Assembly: GCA_973895155.1 (NCBI GenBank) | Contig: OZ316893.1 | Location: 10,855,660-10,919,659 of the forward strand | Length of the DNA: 64,000 nucleotides | Direction of reading: 5' to 3' | Source: Marsupella aquatica | Lineage: Eukaryota; Plantae; Marchantiophyta | Part shown: piece by piece, positions 11,001-25,788 of the stretch | Layout of the letters: each line of letters begins with the position of its first letter | Numbering within the stretch: position 1 is the first letter of the stretch | The notes under the pieces: model-generated | The model's input: the letters and a program-made list of their open reading frames with translations, nothing else | The model's database searches: none | What the model was told of the DNA's origin: nothing | Made by a program: the position numbers and the translations under genes

Positions 11001-14000
11001 TTTAAAAGATCGTAGCGAATTACAACACTTACGTGGTAGTGTACCACATATAGTCCGTCAGGTCATGAGTCATATTGATCTGCTCAAGAATTCGATTGTG
11101 AAGAATGCCCTTCTTCTCTGTGCCCACAACATCTCGTGCATAAACCCACGCCAGAGCTTCAGGCTGAGGATCAGGGGCATTCAGGTGCTCGCCGTCACCA
11201 GATCCTATGTCCTTAAGAACCTCAGTGAGGCTGTTGCTTTCTTGATTAGTCACGGATGATATCGAGTCATTGACGTGTCTCTTTGGCACAAACTTTGCCA
11301 TGCGGTATGGCTCCATCTTTTTCAGAGTTGTCTGAGCTGCTACCTGTTTCAATCAATATGAATTTCTAGGTCAAGACCATGTAGTTAGGACCCTCCATGG
11401 ATTGAGCTGCTAACCTTTAAATTAAAGCATGACCCGTTTCAGATATGCTGATGACGTCAACATCAACAGAGCATACATGTATATAAAATCAATCTTAACC
11501 CCAACTTAGCAGCATTTGTCGATTATTCTCATATTTTCTAAAGCCTGTCTGAAACGACCCCTGTTTCAGGATTTTTCAATCTCAATTCAGGCTCTCAGGT
11601 TTCAATTGAGCACGAGATTCACCAACCTCAAATGGAAGGGAATTGCGAAGGTCGAATTCAAAGCTTCGGAGAACAGCGACCGTTTTGCCAACATCCCATA
11701 TTGCGCAATGCATTTGAGAATGTTTATGAGATGTAGAACTGGAACTAGAAGTGTCTTTAAGCTAGGTGCACATAATACTAAATGACAGAGGACATAGAGC
11801 CAGCCGTACCTTGGCTGTGTTGAAGACAACGTTCATACAGTCGGGTAGGATGCTGACCGACCAACCGGGCAAATCGTAAGAAAAACCAAAGACGTCTAGA
11901 GTTACATCGGTTAAACCGGTGTTGGCGATGAATGCCGCACAGTGTGTGCCCAAGGGCCTGTAATATGGGGATGGCTCGTCAGTGTCGTTGTAGATCCCTG
12001 AGTTGACATAGATCGATATCTGCAGGTTAAGTTCAGAACCAAAGCCTATCAAAAGTCGCATTTAAGAAGGTTTTATCACAAACTCAACTACAGACTTCAA
12101 ATTCAATCGATCGACGATTCCCTTAAGTCCAGGTTCCTCCCGCCAAGTCCTGGAGCTGAAGCAATTTTCTGGATCATGCGATTTATCGAAGTTCATTTTG
12201 GATCTTTGCTCGTTCAGCACACAAGTACTGGAATCCGTCTTTGCAAGGTAGGCTATAATTGGAATCCTTCTTGAACGTTTGCTGCCATTTAATTATTGAC
12301 CTTTTGATTGCTAAGTCTGTACATGCCTCAATAAAATACAACTAATTGAGCTATTACAAACATGATGTCCCAGATCCGGAATTCGGAAAGAAAGGTGGTC
12401 AGTCTGAATTGGTGCTAAGAGTAGAGTCCTCTAGCTTGTTTCGTGGCTAAGATGAGATAATGACAGCATTCAACTATTGAAAGAAATTCACCGTCGGTAC
12501 CCTTGGAACTCTCTTGGTCAGACTTTACGACAGTTATTTCTGAAAACAAACACGGGCTTCTTCCACCCAAAGAGTAACGAAGTGGGGCGTACGTGAGTAC
12601 TCGGAAGCGCGCTGCGAGAATTGTAATTACGTACCTCTATGTCAAGATTAATAGGAGGCCTCCAATGGATGGCCTTTTCGTCCACAACTGCCAGAGCTTG
12701 TCCACAAAGCTTGATAGCAGCGTGCAAGTCCTTCAGGTGGCCCCACTTTGGCTGCCTCGCTCGGCCTGCTCAAGATCATGATCGCCTCCGTAGATGTTAT
12801 TTACGAGAGGACTTCAATTTTAGACACAGGTACTAACGTACATTTATTCATATTAATGCCTGTGAGAATAAGGATAGACAGTTTTTCATTGTCCAACGGC
12901 GTTCTAGCACACAGAAAGGGGCAGCAGGGACTCAAGACGCAACTTAGACTAGAGATCGATGAGACTTGTGAACAACACATATACTAAAATTCGATATATG
13001 TTCTGGAGAGGAACTGACCGTACTCGTCGATAGGAGCATCGTAGTCGTAGCTAGTAGTGACTCCAGCAGCACTCGTACGTCCAAAGTTTGTACCTCCATG
13101 ATACTGCATACAGCATAACTGATATCCTCAAATACAACCCGACCGACAAAAAAATTCAGCTACCCGTTCACCTATCTTCAACCTTCGTGTTCAACCTTCA
13201 GGAAGCTCATGAGGTCCAGGTGTACGTTCTAACGTACCATGTAGTAGTTCATGTAACTTCCCCCTTTCTGAAAGAAGCGGGCTGTTGCGTAAGCAACGTC
13301 TTCTACTGGGCGATTTGGACGAGATAAACCCCAGTAATGGAACCTATCATTCATGAAATGGACATGATCATCCATGAATTTAGGACGCAGAATTGTCAAG
13401 CTTCTGGAAATGGTCGTCACGCTCGATATTCTACAGTAGATCTGAACGCATGGCAGTGACTGTAGCATAGCGCTCGAGGATTCAGCTCCACTACTTCCTT
13501 CACATCGATTATATCCCAAACCCATTGCTTTGTTCGACAAGCGACAGAGATCTCACGTTCGAGAGTAGGGAAAGAAGGAATTTGTGCATACCAGCCAGAC
13601 CAATTCTCGGTCCACATCTTGGGTTTGTTGAACGCATTTGGAGTGTAGTCGTCGCAGTAGAATCCATTACAAGTATCGATCTGGAAGAAACATTGTCCAG
13701 ATATATATTGAAGGTTAGGACGTGATCCCGGGGACGTGATCGACTGCAAATCATCAGCCAGATTCATGCTGGACGACAGATTAATTCCTGGAAATCTAGA
13801 AGAATCGATCTTACAACATTGATTTGCATGAATTTGAGCTTTAGGCTAGCTACATTTCTGAGAAACTGAAGAATCGCACTCAGGGCCTATTCATCTGCAG
13901 CAATAATATATGGACCAGGATGATTGATCGATCTAGATACATTGGGTGTGGTCGCAGATCTTACTACACTGCCTGGAGAGTCTGCTTGCTTGCACATGAT

Positions 14001-17000
14001 CCACGGCACACTCGTATTTAAGTTGACAGCCATTTCTCCTGCCCATTTTGCATACCGAGCCCCAGCAGCCCCATACGCTGCTTGAATCATACCGTACTCG
14101 TTTTCCACCTACATCGTGGAAAGCTTCCAAGTTATAATCTTGCTCCAACTTAATGACATACTTTGAGGTTATGAGTACCTTTCAAAGGAACATCTCGAAT
14201 ATAAAGCACAACTGCTCAGACATTGCATGTGACTAATATATACTTTCACTTCTACTCGAATATGTTCTGTATAAGTGATTACCAGAGGTGTAGGACAATG
14301 GCAGAACTGAGGTGATTAGAGCTACTTTTTCCCTATCATTCAGTGATATGAACTCTGGTGCAGCTGTTGCCGGGCTGGCAGGTTAAGTCCCCAGCTAAGT
14401 CAAATCTTCCCTGGCTCGATCAGTGACCTTACTTTGAGTCTAACTTACTACGCTACATCTGAGTGGCAGATCGCCAGAACTTTAAGGAGCAGATATAAGA
14501 GAGTTTCGTTTCAATAGAGGAAGTCAAGTTTTCCACCTGCGACAAGATGATGGGACCTCCCTGCGTGTAGTAGAGGTTGTTACGCTTCATCATCTCCACG
14601 ATATACGTGACGAACTTCTGCATTTCTGTCTGCTCCAATGTTTACGACGAACGCAGTACCATACAATAAGTAGTAGCTCTTGTTATCAGACCTGGGCAGT
14701 TGTTTCTTTAACTTTCAATCTTCGTGACTAACAAAACTAAACATTCTCTCGGTATGAAGATTAGATCCTTGGTAGTCTAGTATGGGCTGTTCAGGCAGAA
14801 GGATTCAATGGCCCGTAAATTCCAGGCGCTGAGGTATATTAGTTGAATAGCTCAATATTACTTAATTAACCCCCAGATCATACATTCTCATCCTGGCAAA
14901 CCTCGAGCCCCACCTTTCTAAGTCCCACAGGTTTTGTTTATCCAGCCAATGGGATTTAAACCATAGCACAGAGAGTCAGAATCTGAAAGTGAGATGTTTA
15001 AGTGACTTGGCATTACCACTGATCAAGGACTACCATTGTCTGGTACTAATTACGCACCTTGAAGATTTCATTATCTGTGCGGAACTCAATGCCAGGGATC
15101 TCCCGTAGCCATTCTGGCAAACCCCTGCAATCCAATGCACCCGCCACCAGCTGGCTAATCTCGTAAGAATCATGCTGATGTCAACGTGTTGTAGTAAGAC
15201 CGACCATGCATAAGATAAAAATTAAATTGCATGCATTGAGCACAAATTTTGTTGTCATAGCTATGTATCTTGTAATCAATTTCACCTGGTCCAGCTGTAC
15301 AGGGTTGATTCAGCTTGTTCTACATGGACATGTTGACAAGTATGACTGATGTGCGGTTGGGCAGACAGTCCAATGACAACCGAAGAGAGTTCAAATTAAA
15401 GCTGATCATCTAACTGGCACGCCAAATTATGGGGAGTTAACATTTAATTACTTTCAAAAATTAATCTCCTCCTGAAGTTGCTCAAGTACACAGATTCGGC
15501 TTTGTCTGTAGCTAGTACGTCTTGGTTCATGATACTGTTCTGCTAATATTACTTTAAAAAGTAATTAAAGTAAATTACTTTAAAAATTGATTAAAACTTT
15601 AAAAAGCTGTTTCCATAGAACATTCAATGAGTATAACAAGGCGCTGAAAGGGATGACACCTCAACTTGGATAGACCGCATTGCAAAACTCAGATTACGTT
15701 TTCATGTAACTTTGCCAGTTGATTGAGAGCTACTGTAGTTGACAACTCTTACATGTAAATTTCTATAACCAGACTGTAAACATAGGATTTCGCAGGTAGA
15801 CAATTAAAAATTGATGTGACACTGTAAGGCGTAATTCGTTGGTGTGAAAGACTCTGACAACTCTTACATGTAAATTTCTATAACCAGACTGTAAACATAG
15901 GATTTCGCAGGTAGACAATTAAAAATTGATGTGACACTGTAAGGCGTAATTCGTTGGTGTGAAAGACTCTGTCTAAAAGCCACATTATATTTATGCTAAA
16001 TTACTGAATGGTAGGGGTAGGGTAAATCTGCGGCCATTTGAATTATCTTTGAAACTAGTTTGAGGTCTTATAATGATTTTCCTTGGCGTACGATAAGAAT
16101 ATAATTCTTTTGGATGTGAGTTTTGCAGACTTCTAAGCCTTACCTATGACGTTGGTTATAAGCAGTAAGACTCATGACCTAACGTGCAATGTCTTGTACA
16201 GTTAGCTTACATTCATTTCTAGCGGGCAAGTGATGGAGTGAAGGTTTGGAAATAAATTTGATCCTTCTCAGTCTGTCAAATCCTTCTAATGACAGAGTTG
16301 ACAAGTGTGACTATACCCTTTTCGTACCCAAAACACAGGAAATGCGCATATTTCAAACATCAATCAGAACTTTACAAGAAGCTCTAGTTTAAGGGCAGGC
16401 TAGGGGAACTCCAAGTGAGGGTGGGGGTGAGTGTTTGCTCCATTACTAGAGTGATTAACAATACAGTAAGTGTTTAAATGGAAGGGAACTCACCCAAAGT
16501 TCCACTCAGCACATACATAGGGGCCAATGCGAAGGTTAACAAAAAGCCCCGCATTTTGCACTAACTTGATGAAACGAACAAGATCGTATCGGTCTTCAAA
16601 GTAATACTGCATATATCATCAAAGATTGTTACAAAATAGCTTTCCATCAGATTTGAGGAAAAAATTGGTGAAAACACATCTTTGCCCAAGGGGATAATTA
16701 TCTACGTCGAGTATTTTGTCATATCATTAAAGAAAAATGCATTACGGCACATAATATACATGTTTTGAGCTTGGAGTGACAAATTGAATACCCGTTTTTA
16801 ATATATTTGGGTTTAATCTTAGTGTGTTAGCGAGTCTTTCATAAAAAGATCTCCAGAAAAGGTTTCTAAACTGTCTTGTTACACTCCATACAGCTGATTT
16901 CACTTTCAGGTTTGTACTGAGAATTGAAAGAGCATCATTCAGTGAAATTTTGGAAGAAAATATTTATGAACCTTTCCTCTCTTCTGTTCATGACCGTCCC

Positions 17001-17634
17001 AAAACACATAGGTTTGAATGACGTCCAGCCCACCTTCTTTGGCAAGTCCAATTAAGCCAGGCCACATCTGCACACCAGAAATTAATTAATTAGCAAGACC
17101 ATGGTTCTTAGCTTAGTTCTTAATTGTCGTCGTGAGGGTGCAATGATCATGATTCCTCAATCACCTAGGTATGTGCTATCCAAGATGGTAAGCTAAGGTT
17201 TTCTTGCTTCAACAAACTAAGCATGCACACACAACACCCGTAAAATGGATCAATGCATATAAGTATAATTAATTTTTTATGTAGAAGAAGTGATCCCAAT
17301 TTCGTACTAGCTTATCACTTATCAAATGTACGTCCACCCATAAAATCCACTTTTGGGTCATCCAAATCTTGATGATGGCAGAGACCTGAGGAGTGCTTCG
17401 TGGATAATGAATCGAGCCAGAGATAAGAAATCGACGTTCCCCGTTGATGAGAAGTGCTCGATGGTCGTAAGCAATTGTACGGTTTGTATTGTTTGGATTC
17501 CCAATGATTGTGATTGCATTACAGCTCGCCAAACCACTCATGAGAATGATGTAGAGGCCATGCAATGAAACTCCCAGCTCTAGAATCTGTTTGAAATGTT
17601 GGCCCAAACTCCTTTTGAGCGTAGATTTTGCCAT
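8074..17634 (-). CDS. BGAL: GH35 beta-galactosidase with C-terminal SUEL/galactose-binding lectin domain, 18 exons
   Basis: Exons give [76 protein letters not shown] (acid/base Glu), [12 protein letters not shown] (nucleophile Glu), [44 protein letters not shown] and ..[16 protein letters not shown]. Hydrophobic N-terminal signal/anchor present; splice phases checked are consistent. Confidence 0.97.
15740..15969. repeat. Perfect 115-bp tandem duplication in BGAL intron 3
   Basis: TGACAACTCTTACATG...GTGAAAGACTC occurs at 15740-15854 and again at 15855-15969. Confidence 0.95.
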
Positions 17635-19135
17635 GATGTCACAGTTATGGCAGTCTAGGATAAGAGTTGCCCGCAATCGCAAGACTTACAGGTGACTAAG
17701 TGAGCCAAGCCAATGTGGCCTAAGCTCAGTACCTTCCAATTCTCTTGCTGGCCAATTCTACATTATGATCTGCATGAAACTCACTTGATGAGTCCTCTAG
17801 TAGCTGTAAGAAAGGGTACTGTTTCTTCTCGTGCTGTTTGGCCAAGAACAATTTTGGATCTCATTGCACTTTGATACTGTCTTGTATCTATTGCCTCGCG
17901 TTGATATACTAGGGATGAGTGGAATCCAATGTGAATTGCATTTGAAAACATCTTCTTGGAGCAAGTGTTATGCACTGTCTACATTGAGCCCTCGGGCCAG
18001 CTTAGATACTCCTTAGTTTTCCTAGGAATCAAAGAAACATGAGTACTGTGTCTCTTGCATGCATAGCTCACCTAGCCTGCACACCCAGTCACCCCGAAAG
18101 TTATTTGTTAGTACGTTTATTAGAATTCCACCTCCTTTCCACTACAAAACAGCTCAATTAGCTATGCATGAGAAATCTTATCACATTATAGGAATATTAC
18201 AATGGAAAGAATGTGAAGAAATGCATCAAAAGCCCAAGCAACTACCCTAAATTATAAGACTTTTGAGAGATTCCGCTAGACTTGACCTTCCAAGAGGTGT
18301 CCTTCATAGCGTCCACAGTCCTGCAGTTGCCATCCTTGAAAATCTTTGTTGGCAGCTCAAATGAAGATTTCAAGTATACAAAAGAAACAAATGGCTTGCC
18401 CATTGCGCATTCGTAGGTGACGGCTTGTAGAGGATCTGAATACTCACTTTTGTTTGGTAATACAACTCATCATCAAATCATGAAAATAAAAGTGGATAAA
18501 AGTGGCAAGGCCAATAGGAAGCTAATTACACAGACAAATCACGGATATGGCAATCTTGAAAAACAATTAAACAAAAAAACATATGCAGAGACTTAATTCT
18601 GATTGAAGACATATGGGCTCCTAAAGCATTAGTCATACTGGGCTCCTGAAGCATTACTCAGAGTCTTTGATGAATTAAAGAGATGGAACATCAAAAATAT
18701 AGGTCCGGAAGTCGATCAAAGCTCAGACACGGACACCTCAATTTAATTTGTTGCCAATAGCCTTAAATTACTAACAAGATATGTGTGAGAAACTTTGGCG
18801 ACAAATATTGGTGCGCCCAAAGAATTGAACAAGCCTCACAGCATGAACTAAATCGCCATAATCAAAACTTTACAGGTAGAAGAATGTAGATTGGTATGGT
18901 GCAAAGAACTAATAGAACTTAAGTTCCACAGTTAGTCCAACTCTAGCACATCCAAATCACTGGGCTTCACCTCACACGAGCCTCACAGTTTCAAGGCCCG
19001 AGTTCAATTCTTGGCATGCATTTTATATTCAGGTGTGGGGTGAGATGACAGCTTTGATTGCCTGACTAGACCAAATGATGTGCTCTGCCAGCCATCATTG
19101 TCTCTAACATGCGTGACTACCTAAAGTCTTAGCTA

Positions 19136-19474
19136 CACTGTTTACCATAATTAGTGTGACTAACACTAATTTGAGAGTGCCCATTTTTAGGGTTTCTAAA
19201 TAACACTATTTGTGTGCACATGAATTAGTGTTACTGTGGTTTGAAGAAAGTAGAGAGAAATCTTGAAAATCCACAACAATAAGTGTTACTTTGGACTCAA
19301 GATCATTCATCTATTCTTACAAGCAATTTAAGTAAAAGTGGAAAAAGACTGTTTGAAAATCGACAAAAATTAGTGTTACTTGGACTCAAAATCATTTTTA
19401 CCAAAATTAGTGTTAGTAACACTAATTTTGTACTAACACTAATTCTTGCATAACACTAATTATGGTGAACAGTG
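19136..19474. mobile_element. MITE (339 bp) with ~22-bp TIRs and TA flanks, Tc1/mariner-like
   Basis: ta|CACTGTTTACCATAATTAGTGT ... ACACTAATTATGGTGAACAGTG|ta (1 mismatch). Internal AATTAGTGTTA repeats and palindromes. Confidence 0.85.
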
Positions 19475-20549
19475 TACTTTTTTCTAATATATGACTTTTT
19501 AGATGAGTTATTGTAAGCATCCGGATAATTGCATATCAAAATATGACAATATATGACATTGCTTCATAACATGATAAATTCAATTATTCTATTTAAATCA
19601 TTGAGTGTACTACTTAGGGGTTTAACTTAGTGTGTATTTTTTAGAACCATGTGCAATCTTAGTCCAATATAAATACTCCTATTTTAGAAAGACAATATAC
19701 TACAAATTTCTATATTTTATATATTAATGAGAAAATTATGCTTCCATGGACCGTAGACAGAAACCATACATTTGGGAGGACTAATTGGGAATATTCTTTG
19801 TAACATTGTGAGTAAATGCGGTCCATCTGAGTTGCAATATTAATCCATGGGAGCATTTTGACAAACCTAGAGGTATATATGGACTTCATTTTCATATTAA
19901 TGACCTATTTCATTTTATAAACAGTATTAATGAATATTTTATTAATGTGACTGTGTTTATAACATCTTTGATCTCCTGTTCTTTTTTAAAAATTTAGATA
20001 CTTCTTATTGAAAATACCTATTTTGGATTGCACATTGTTCCATACACTTTTGGGTAATCCACCCGCCAATGTGTACAGTGTATATTATGGGGATACAGTC
20101 TTGGTCTTGCCCAGCCTTTTTATTTATGACCATTGTATTGTTGGTGCAGCTTTTGGTCCATGGGGAGGCAAGGAAGTGTTGCAGTCTTTTTATTAAATAT
20201 GACTATCAGTGTTTGTTGTTGCAGCTATGAGACCATGAGGAGGCAAGGAATTGTTGCAGCAAAACCTAGTCAGCTATTGTAAGTCATGCTTCCGGCACGT
20301 AACACCTTGCAGGCTCACTTGCCAAGCTACTAAACATTCATTAGGGGAATGTAATGATGCAAAAAAACAGGCACATCATCCAATAGTCAAGATTACTTCT
20401 CACTCGCAACTATTTTTGTGTACAGATGATTGTGGAGTTTTGGCAGATTGCATATTATAGTGGTTGATTTTTAGGAGAAGGTACTTTGGCCACTTCATTC
20501 TTGGGAGGGATATTTTCTAACAAGTATGCAGTGACACATGCATACTAGC

Positions 20550-21120
20550 CATCTGACCTTCCTTGATTTAATGTCGACCATTTAGGTCTGGCAATTGCCT
20601 CTGCATTTAGGGAGGCATTAGGCAATTTCAGATGATAAGCCATCCCACCTACCTAGATTTGATCTCAACCATTAGATTTGGCAACTACTGTAACTCTTGT
20701 CTGTAGGGAAGTATTTAGTGATTTTAGTGCCAAAGAGTCTCTTCCTTGTATCAAATCACCATCACAAATCTTAGGTAAGAATTTGGGGACAATTAGCCAA
20801 TAAAAGAAACACTTTGCCTACCCAGCAAATTTCCTTGTTCCCGATGCGTTATCCCTGTGAACACTCTAGTGCGTAGAGACAGAAATTAAGTTTTTGTATC
20901 TAGGAACGCCCTGGTAATGGGGCATGTGACATATTGCCTCCAAAACAAGGGATTTAGCTTGAGTGGGTATTATTACAACACATTGCCCTCAGAACAGGGC
21001 GTTAATGGATTTCAAGGCCTTAGGGAATCACAGGGTGTACAGGCGACAATCTTGTGATCTCAAATAGTAATATTAGTCTTGGGCCAAGTTGGGTGAAAGG
21101 GGAACCCTTGTCTCTCAGTT
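20550..21120 (-). mobile_element. Possible highly decayed LINE reverse-transcriptase remnant
   Basis: Frameshifted RQG.PLSP-like motif at about 21115-21090 and EIA*CLPKCRG near 20630-20595; many stops. Confidence 0.3.
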
Positions 21121-21473
21121 TTATAAATTCGATGGTCATGATTATCACAAAACTATGCTAGGGAGTAACCCTTACAGCAAAGCATCTTTGGAATCTCACT
21201 GACAGTTAAATCGTTAGACTATTCGCGAGATTTTGACCAAATTATGCATTTGACGTTCGTCCAAAGATTTTGAATAGCATCCTTCGCACAACATTAGCAT
21301 TGCTTGGTGACATTGGAGAGAACGTTTATGAATCAGAGGAACCTGGATTTGACAAATTGATAAATGAATATGTCCCAAGATCAATCCTTCGTGGAATGCC
21401 ATGAATGATAGACCATTCAAATAAAATCATAGATTGAGAGATGAGCCCAGACTCGGCAAAATTTAGTTGTGCT

Positions 21474-23675
21474 TTAATCATCTTTCGAACTACTCTTTGG
21501 AGTAACAAGTGAAGTCAAGTAGCGCTTCCAGGGAGCATCATCCTGATGTTTGACCCAGGAAAGGAAAGCACTGTCTACGATACAAAATAAGTTGACAAAA
21601 AGCAGTTGGTTCTTCACAGGCACGAACCGGAAATTGGCTATTTGCACGAAAAACCACATAGTCCCCTCGGTCATGAACGTTGGTGGGAAGTCCCTTTGAA
21701 TGTCCTTCTTGACTTGCTCAAAGGGCTTCCCCGAAGCCAGCCCCATGTATGTAAAAAAGGCCAACAAATGAATTGGTCCAAACAGTCCCGTATCAGCAAA
21801 AAGTTTGGTGCCAATAAAACTGACTGAATTTGGTGTGAGTTTCAACTTGTTCTTCACTACATGCTCCAAGCCCTCATACCTGCACTCCCATAACAGAACA
21901 GAAAACTCTTTTCAAGTCAATGTGAGTTTACTTTGTCTAAGAGGCCAAGTAGAGCACAACAAGGTATGACAGAGAAAATGGTCTAGAAGAATGGGAACAG
22001 ACGATAAAATCCTGAGTAAAGTCAGAATTGATTGAATGCAAATTGAAGTACAGTCTAGCCATGGGAAACACGTCAAGTCAAGTACGAAACGAAATGCATC
22101 CCTTTCCACAAAATTAAGATGGTTCTGCGCAACAAGCGGCAATCCATTGATCAGGTGGTGTGCATTTCTGGCGTACCAGAAGTGACCCACAGGCCCCACG
22201 AAACCGAATCCAAAAAGGCTGGTCCTGGCAACTCTTTCCAAGTCCAAGTTTGCACCGTGCCCTGCAGCTGCCACTTCTCCTTTCAAGCCATCCTGAAGCT
22301 ACCACAACTCGTCAGATCCAGAAACGCTGTTCCAGCGGCAACTCCTCACTTGAGCATACGCTGGCCCTCCTCATGGATAGAGCTCAAGATGAAACAGAAA
22401 CAGCTCGTCTGTGCTCAGCGCGGTCTCAAGCACCACTCTTCACTATCGGGACATGGTCATCTCAGTAATTGAAGATGTCAAAATCACTCCCCCGTGCAAT
22501 TCTCCTCCACGATACTTCCCGTCTAGCACTAATTTGGAACTTAATCAGGGAGGTTCTCGGCTAGACAGTTGCATTCTTCTTTCTCAGGTATTCCATTTCA
22601 TCCTCCAGTCAAACTAGCAGTACCATAAAAATTGGTGGGAGAATTAGGAAATCCCACATCCAATATTCGTATGAGAAGGGTTCCGCTTTCTCCTATGTAC
22701 AATGGAATTGGTCAACCCCAACGATCGCTTCGTGTTGCGAAGGTACAGTTGTGAATGGAGCTGTCTGACGAAGCTGTAGAAAGGTGTCCACATGGAAAGA
22801 AGAATGAAAATCTGTACTGAAAAGGTTCTTCGGATTGGTGAAAGTGAATTGTCCTCGACTCACTTTGTCGATTTGTCACACGCCAGGTGTAAGCGCACCT
22901 AATGAGCTGAATATCCAGGAAGCTCTTCAACGGCCCCTTCGGATTCTAGATTTCAAAGGATGTAGCGTTTTAATGAGCTTCTAGACGCCAATCCAGGGTG
23001 GCAGACTACGAACTGAACTGAGTTCCTAAACCCTAAACCCACATCGGATCTCAAACTGAAGTAAAGGAGAAAGTCCGAGATCTCACCTCCTTTCCACCCC
23101 AAAGAACACCCATGTAATTCGAATTACACCCTCAAACTAAAATATTCCAGACCCTAACTGACCTACTTCTACAGCATCTCTAAAAAGTCATTGTATTTAT
23201 TTCTGTACATTCCAATTTCAAAGAACGCAAATTCCGGAGAAATTCGTAGAATTCCAGATGATTGATCATTAAACTTTGGTGGATTCGTCTTATAAATTTC
23301 GATGCACCTCTAGGTTTCAAATTTTAAATGTTCATAGAAAGTTTTTAAAAACATCACATAGCGCTTGTAAACAAAAACCTTTCCAGTTGGACGTTGAGCA
23401 AGACGGATGGACGCATGCTGTTGTCCGAATAGCAAGCAAATGGGAGGGAATGAATGCTTGCGTACCTTCAGATGAGCAGCATCGTGAGCCTTCGGCCCGG
23501 ACTGCTGCTGGAGAGCTTGAGAGCGCTTTTGGATCTTCAACTCTACCGTCTGGGCAATGATGTCGCCCACAGCCCACAGCACGCCGGACGAGATGACCTG
23601 AGTGCGCACTGGCTGCTGCGCCAGCCGCGCCTGATACCAACTCCACAGCCCTCTGAATCCTCCAACTGCCGCCAT
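21474..23675 (-). CDS. MPV17: Mpv17/PMP22 (SYM1-like) membrane protein, 3 exons (23675-23466, 22292-22177, 21879-21474)
   Basis: WYQARLAQQPVRTQVISSGVLWAVGDIIAQ; D.ERVARTSLFGFGFVGPVGHFWYEGLE; KLFADTGLFGPIHL; WFFVQIANFRFVPVKNQLLFVN. GT-AG junctions. Confidence 0.95.
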
Positions 23676-25788
23676 GATTGATTGATTGCTTCAACCCACC
23701 CTGAACCCTGCTCCTATCCTAAACCCTTCCGCAGCAGCAACAAAATAATGTGAATCAAATGCTGCAGAACCTAGACAAATAGTTCGCTCTCTGCTCTGAG
23801 ATATCCACACGATCACGGAGTCTCCAATACAATAGTCCACACGATCCGAGATGAGGAGAGGTTGACGGTGAAGCACCGAAACGCAGAACCGAGAATCAGT
23901 ACAACACAGGGTTGTCGACTCTCTAACGACTAACTGACCCAACAGGCTCGGGATTCATGGCCTCTCTCCTCTCTCTTGGTCTTTTGGATCCTTTATTCCC
24001 CTCTTCGGGATTTTTCCTTCTGCTCTGGGGGATATTTCTCGGTGCAAAAAACTCACAAGACTCAATAATTGCAGAGCAAGTTTGTAACGTGAAGGCCGAA
24101 TGTGGGCAGATTACACTAGATCAAGAATGGCTGGCGAGTACACTCGATCAACGAGTAACAATGTGAAGAACTTGGCAAAATTCCGCCAAGAAGAACGGTT
24201 GGCAAGTGAGCACACTAGATCAACAAGTCTCCTCCCCCAGTGAAAAGAACTCACCCGACGATCTATCAGCCGATCAGACAGGGAGATCACTACCGTCATG
24301 CGAGGCATTGCCTCGTGAAGGTTAGGTGGGTGGCTAGCAATTGTCCAAGTCGGGAGAGTGCTGGATGAAGCTGCTCCTCAAATAATCTGTCATCTACCAC
24401 TCCTTTGCATTCGTAAACTCTTGCATTCCTGAACCCTCTCTTTGTAAAACCCTGACATTCCTAAAACCCTCCGTCTGAATCTTCCTTTGTAGTTTCATTG
24501 AACCCCTTTTGATTCTTTTCTTTTCTTTTTGAACATACGTTTTCATTGAAGGTTTTGGGGTCAAAACGTCAAAACCCCCTTGGTAGCATTTTCTTTTCTT
24601 TTTTTTTGGAGGGGGGGAGATTCCTATTTTAAATCTATGTATACTGCAGCGGATGAGGGCCATGGCTCCTTCAAAGCATAGTTTTTTCAATGTTCACTTC
24701 TCAGGTTTATGCTCTGCAACCCATCCCCTCTTCAGGGGCCATCGTTAGGGGTTATATCCAGGTTATAGTGGATATAACCCTCTCGAGGGGATGGGCTACG
24801 CTACACATTTTCCAGACTTCCAATGTGCTGCTGGAAGGGGTTGTAAGCCATAACACCCTTACCGTATGAATTAGCCTACACATTTTCACACTTCAATAGC
24901 CATCTCTTTAATTATCTGAGAACAAGTTGAGGAGATGCATTGTATTTTTTGGAGAGGATATGTATTGTCTTGTTAATTGAATGGAGAGAAGATGTTGGTA
25001 AAAATATTCACCATGGTCACATAAAATTCACCCCACCCCTTACTAGATTATTTTGCTCCACATTATAAATCAACTGCACACCAGACCACCTTAAATTACA
25101 AACCTAGTAGAAAGTCTAAGCTATGTACTGCTCCCAAATACATTCCCCAAAACCAAGTGAAATTCAGATAGCATCATAATGAATGGGTTTGACACTACTT
25201 TCTGCAATTTAGATCCTGGTTTCAATCAGTATACCCAATTAGAGTCAGGCTTTTTGTTAAAGGTTGGAGATGCTCTTATAATGCCTTCAGTGATAAGATA
25301 CACTTTCCCAGTAAATCTAACACACCTTCACTAAAACGCTTGGCTTTTAGCAAACTAATGAGTGTTTCAAACCCAAAAGGTACAATAGCTTTTAAGTACA
25401 TTGTCACTAAAAGATGTTTGAATTTACAATACTATCACTGTTTTGTTTGTATTTACAAAATTGTCACCTTATATAGTTCCCCTAGTTACCTTGGTGAACT
25501 TGTCATCCATATACTAAACTGTGACATTTTTATAAATACAAAATAATGGCTGTATTGTCAATTATAACATCTTTAGTGGCAAAGTTAGTACTTAAAAGTT
25601 GAAAAGGTACAAACATGGTGCACAAGTGCTGATTCAAAAGATGAACCTTCACAAAACATGAGTTGGCCTCAGTCTATTAATGATCAGTGTCCCCCCGCCC
25701 TAGACTTATAGCCAATTGCATGCTCTCCGCTAAAATAGAATATTTCTACTTTCAAATTATATGGCAATGCCAAACAATTTCTCTAGAT

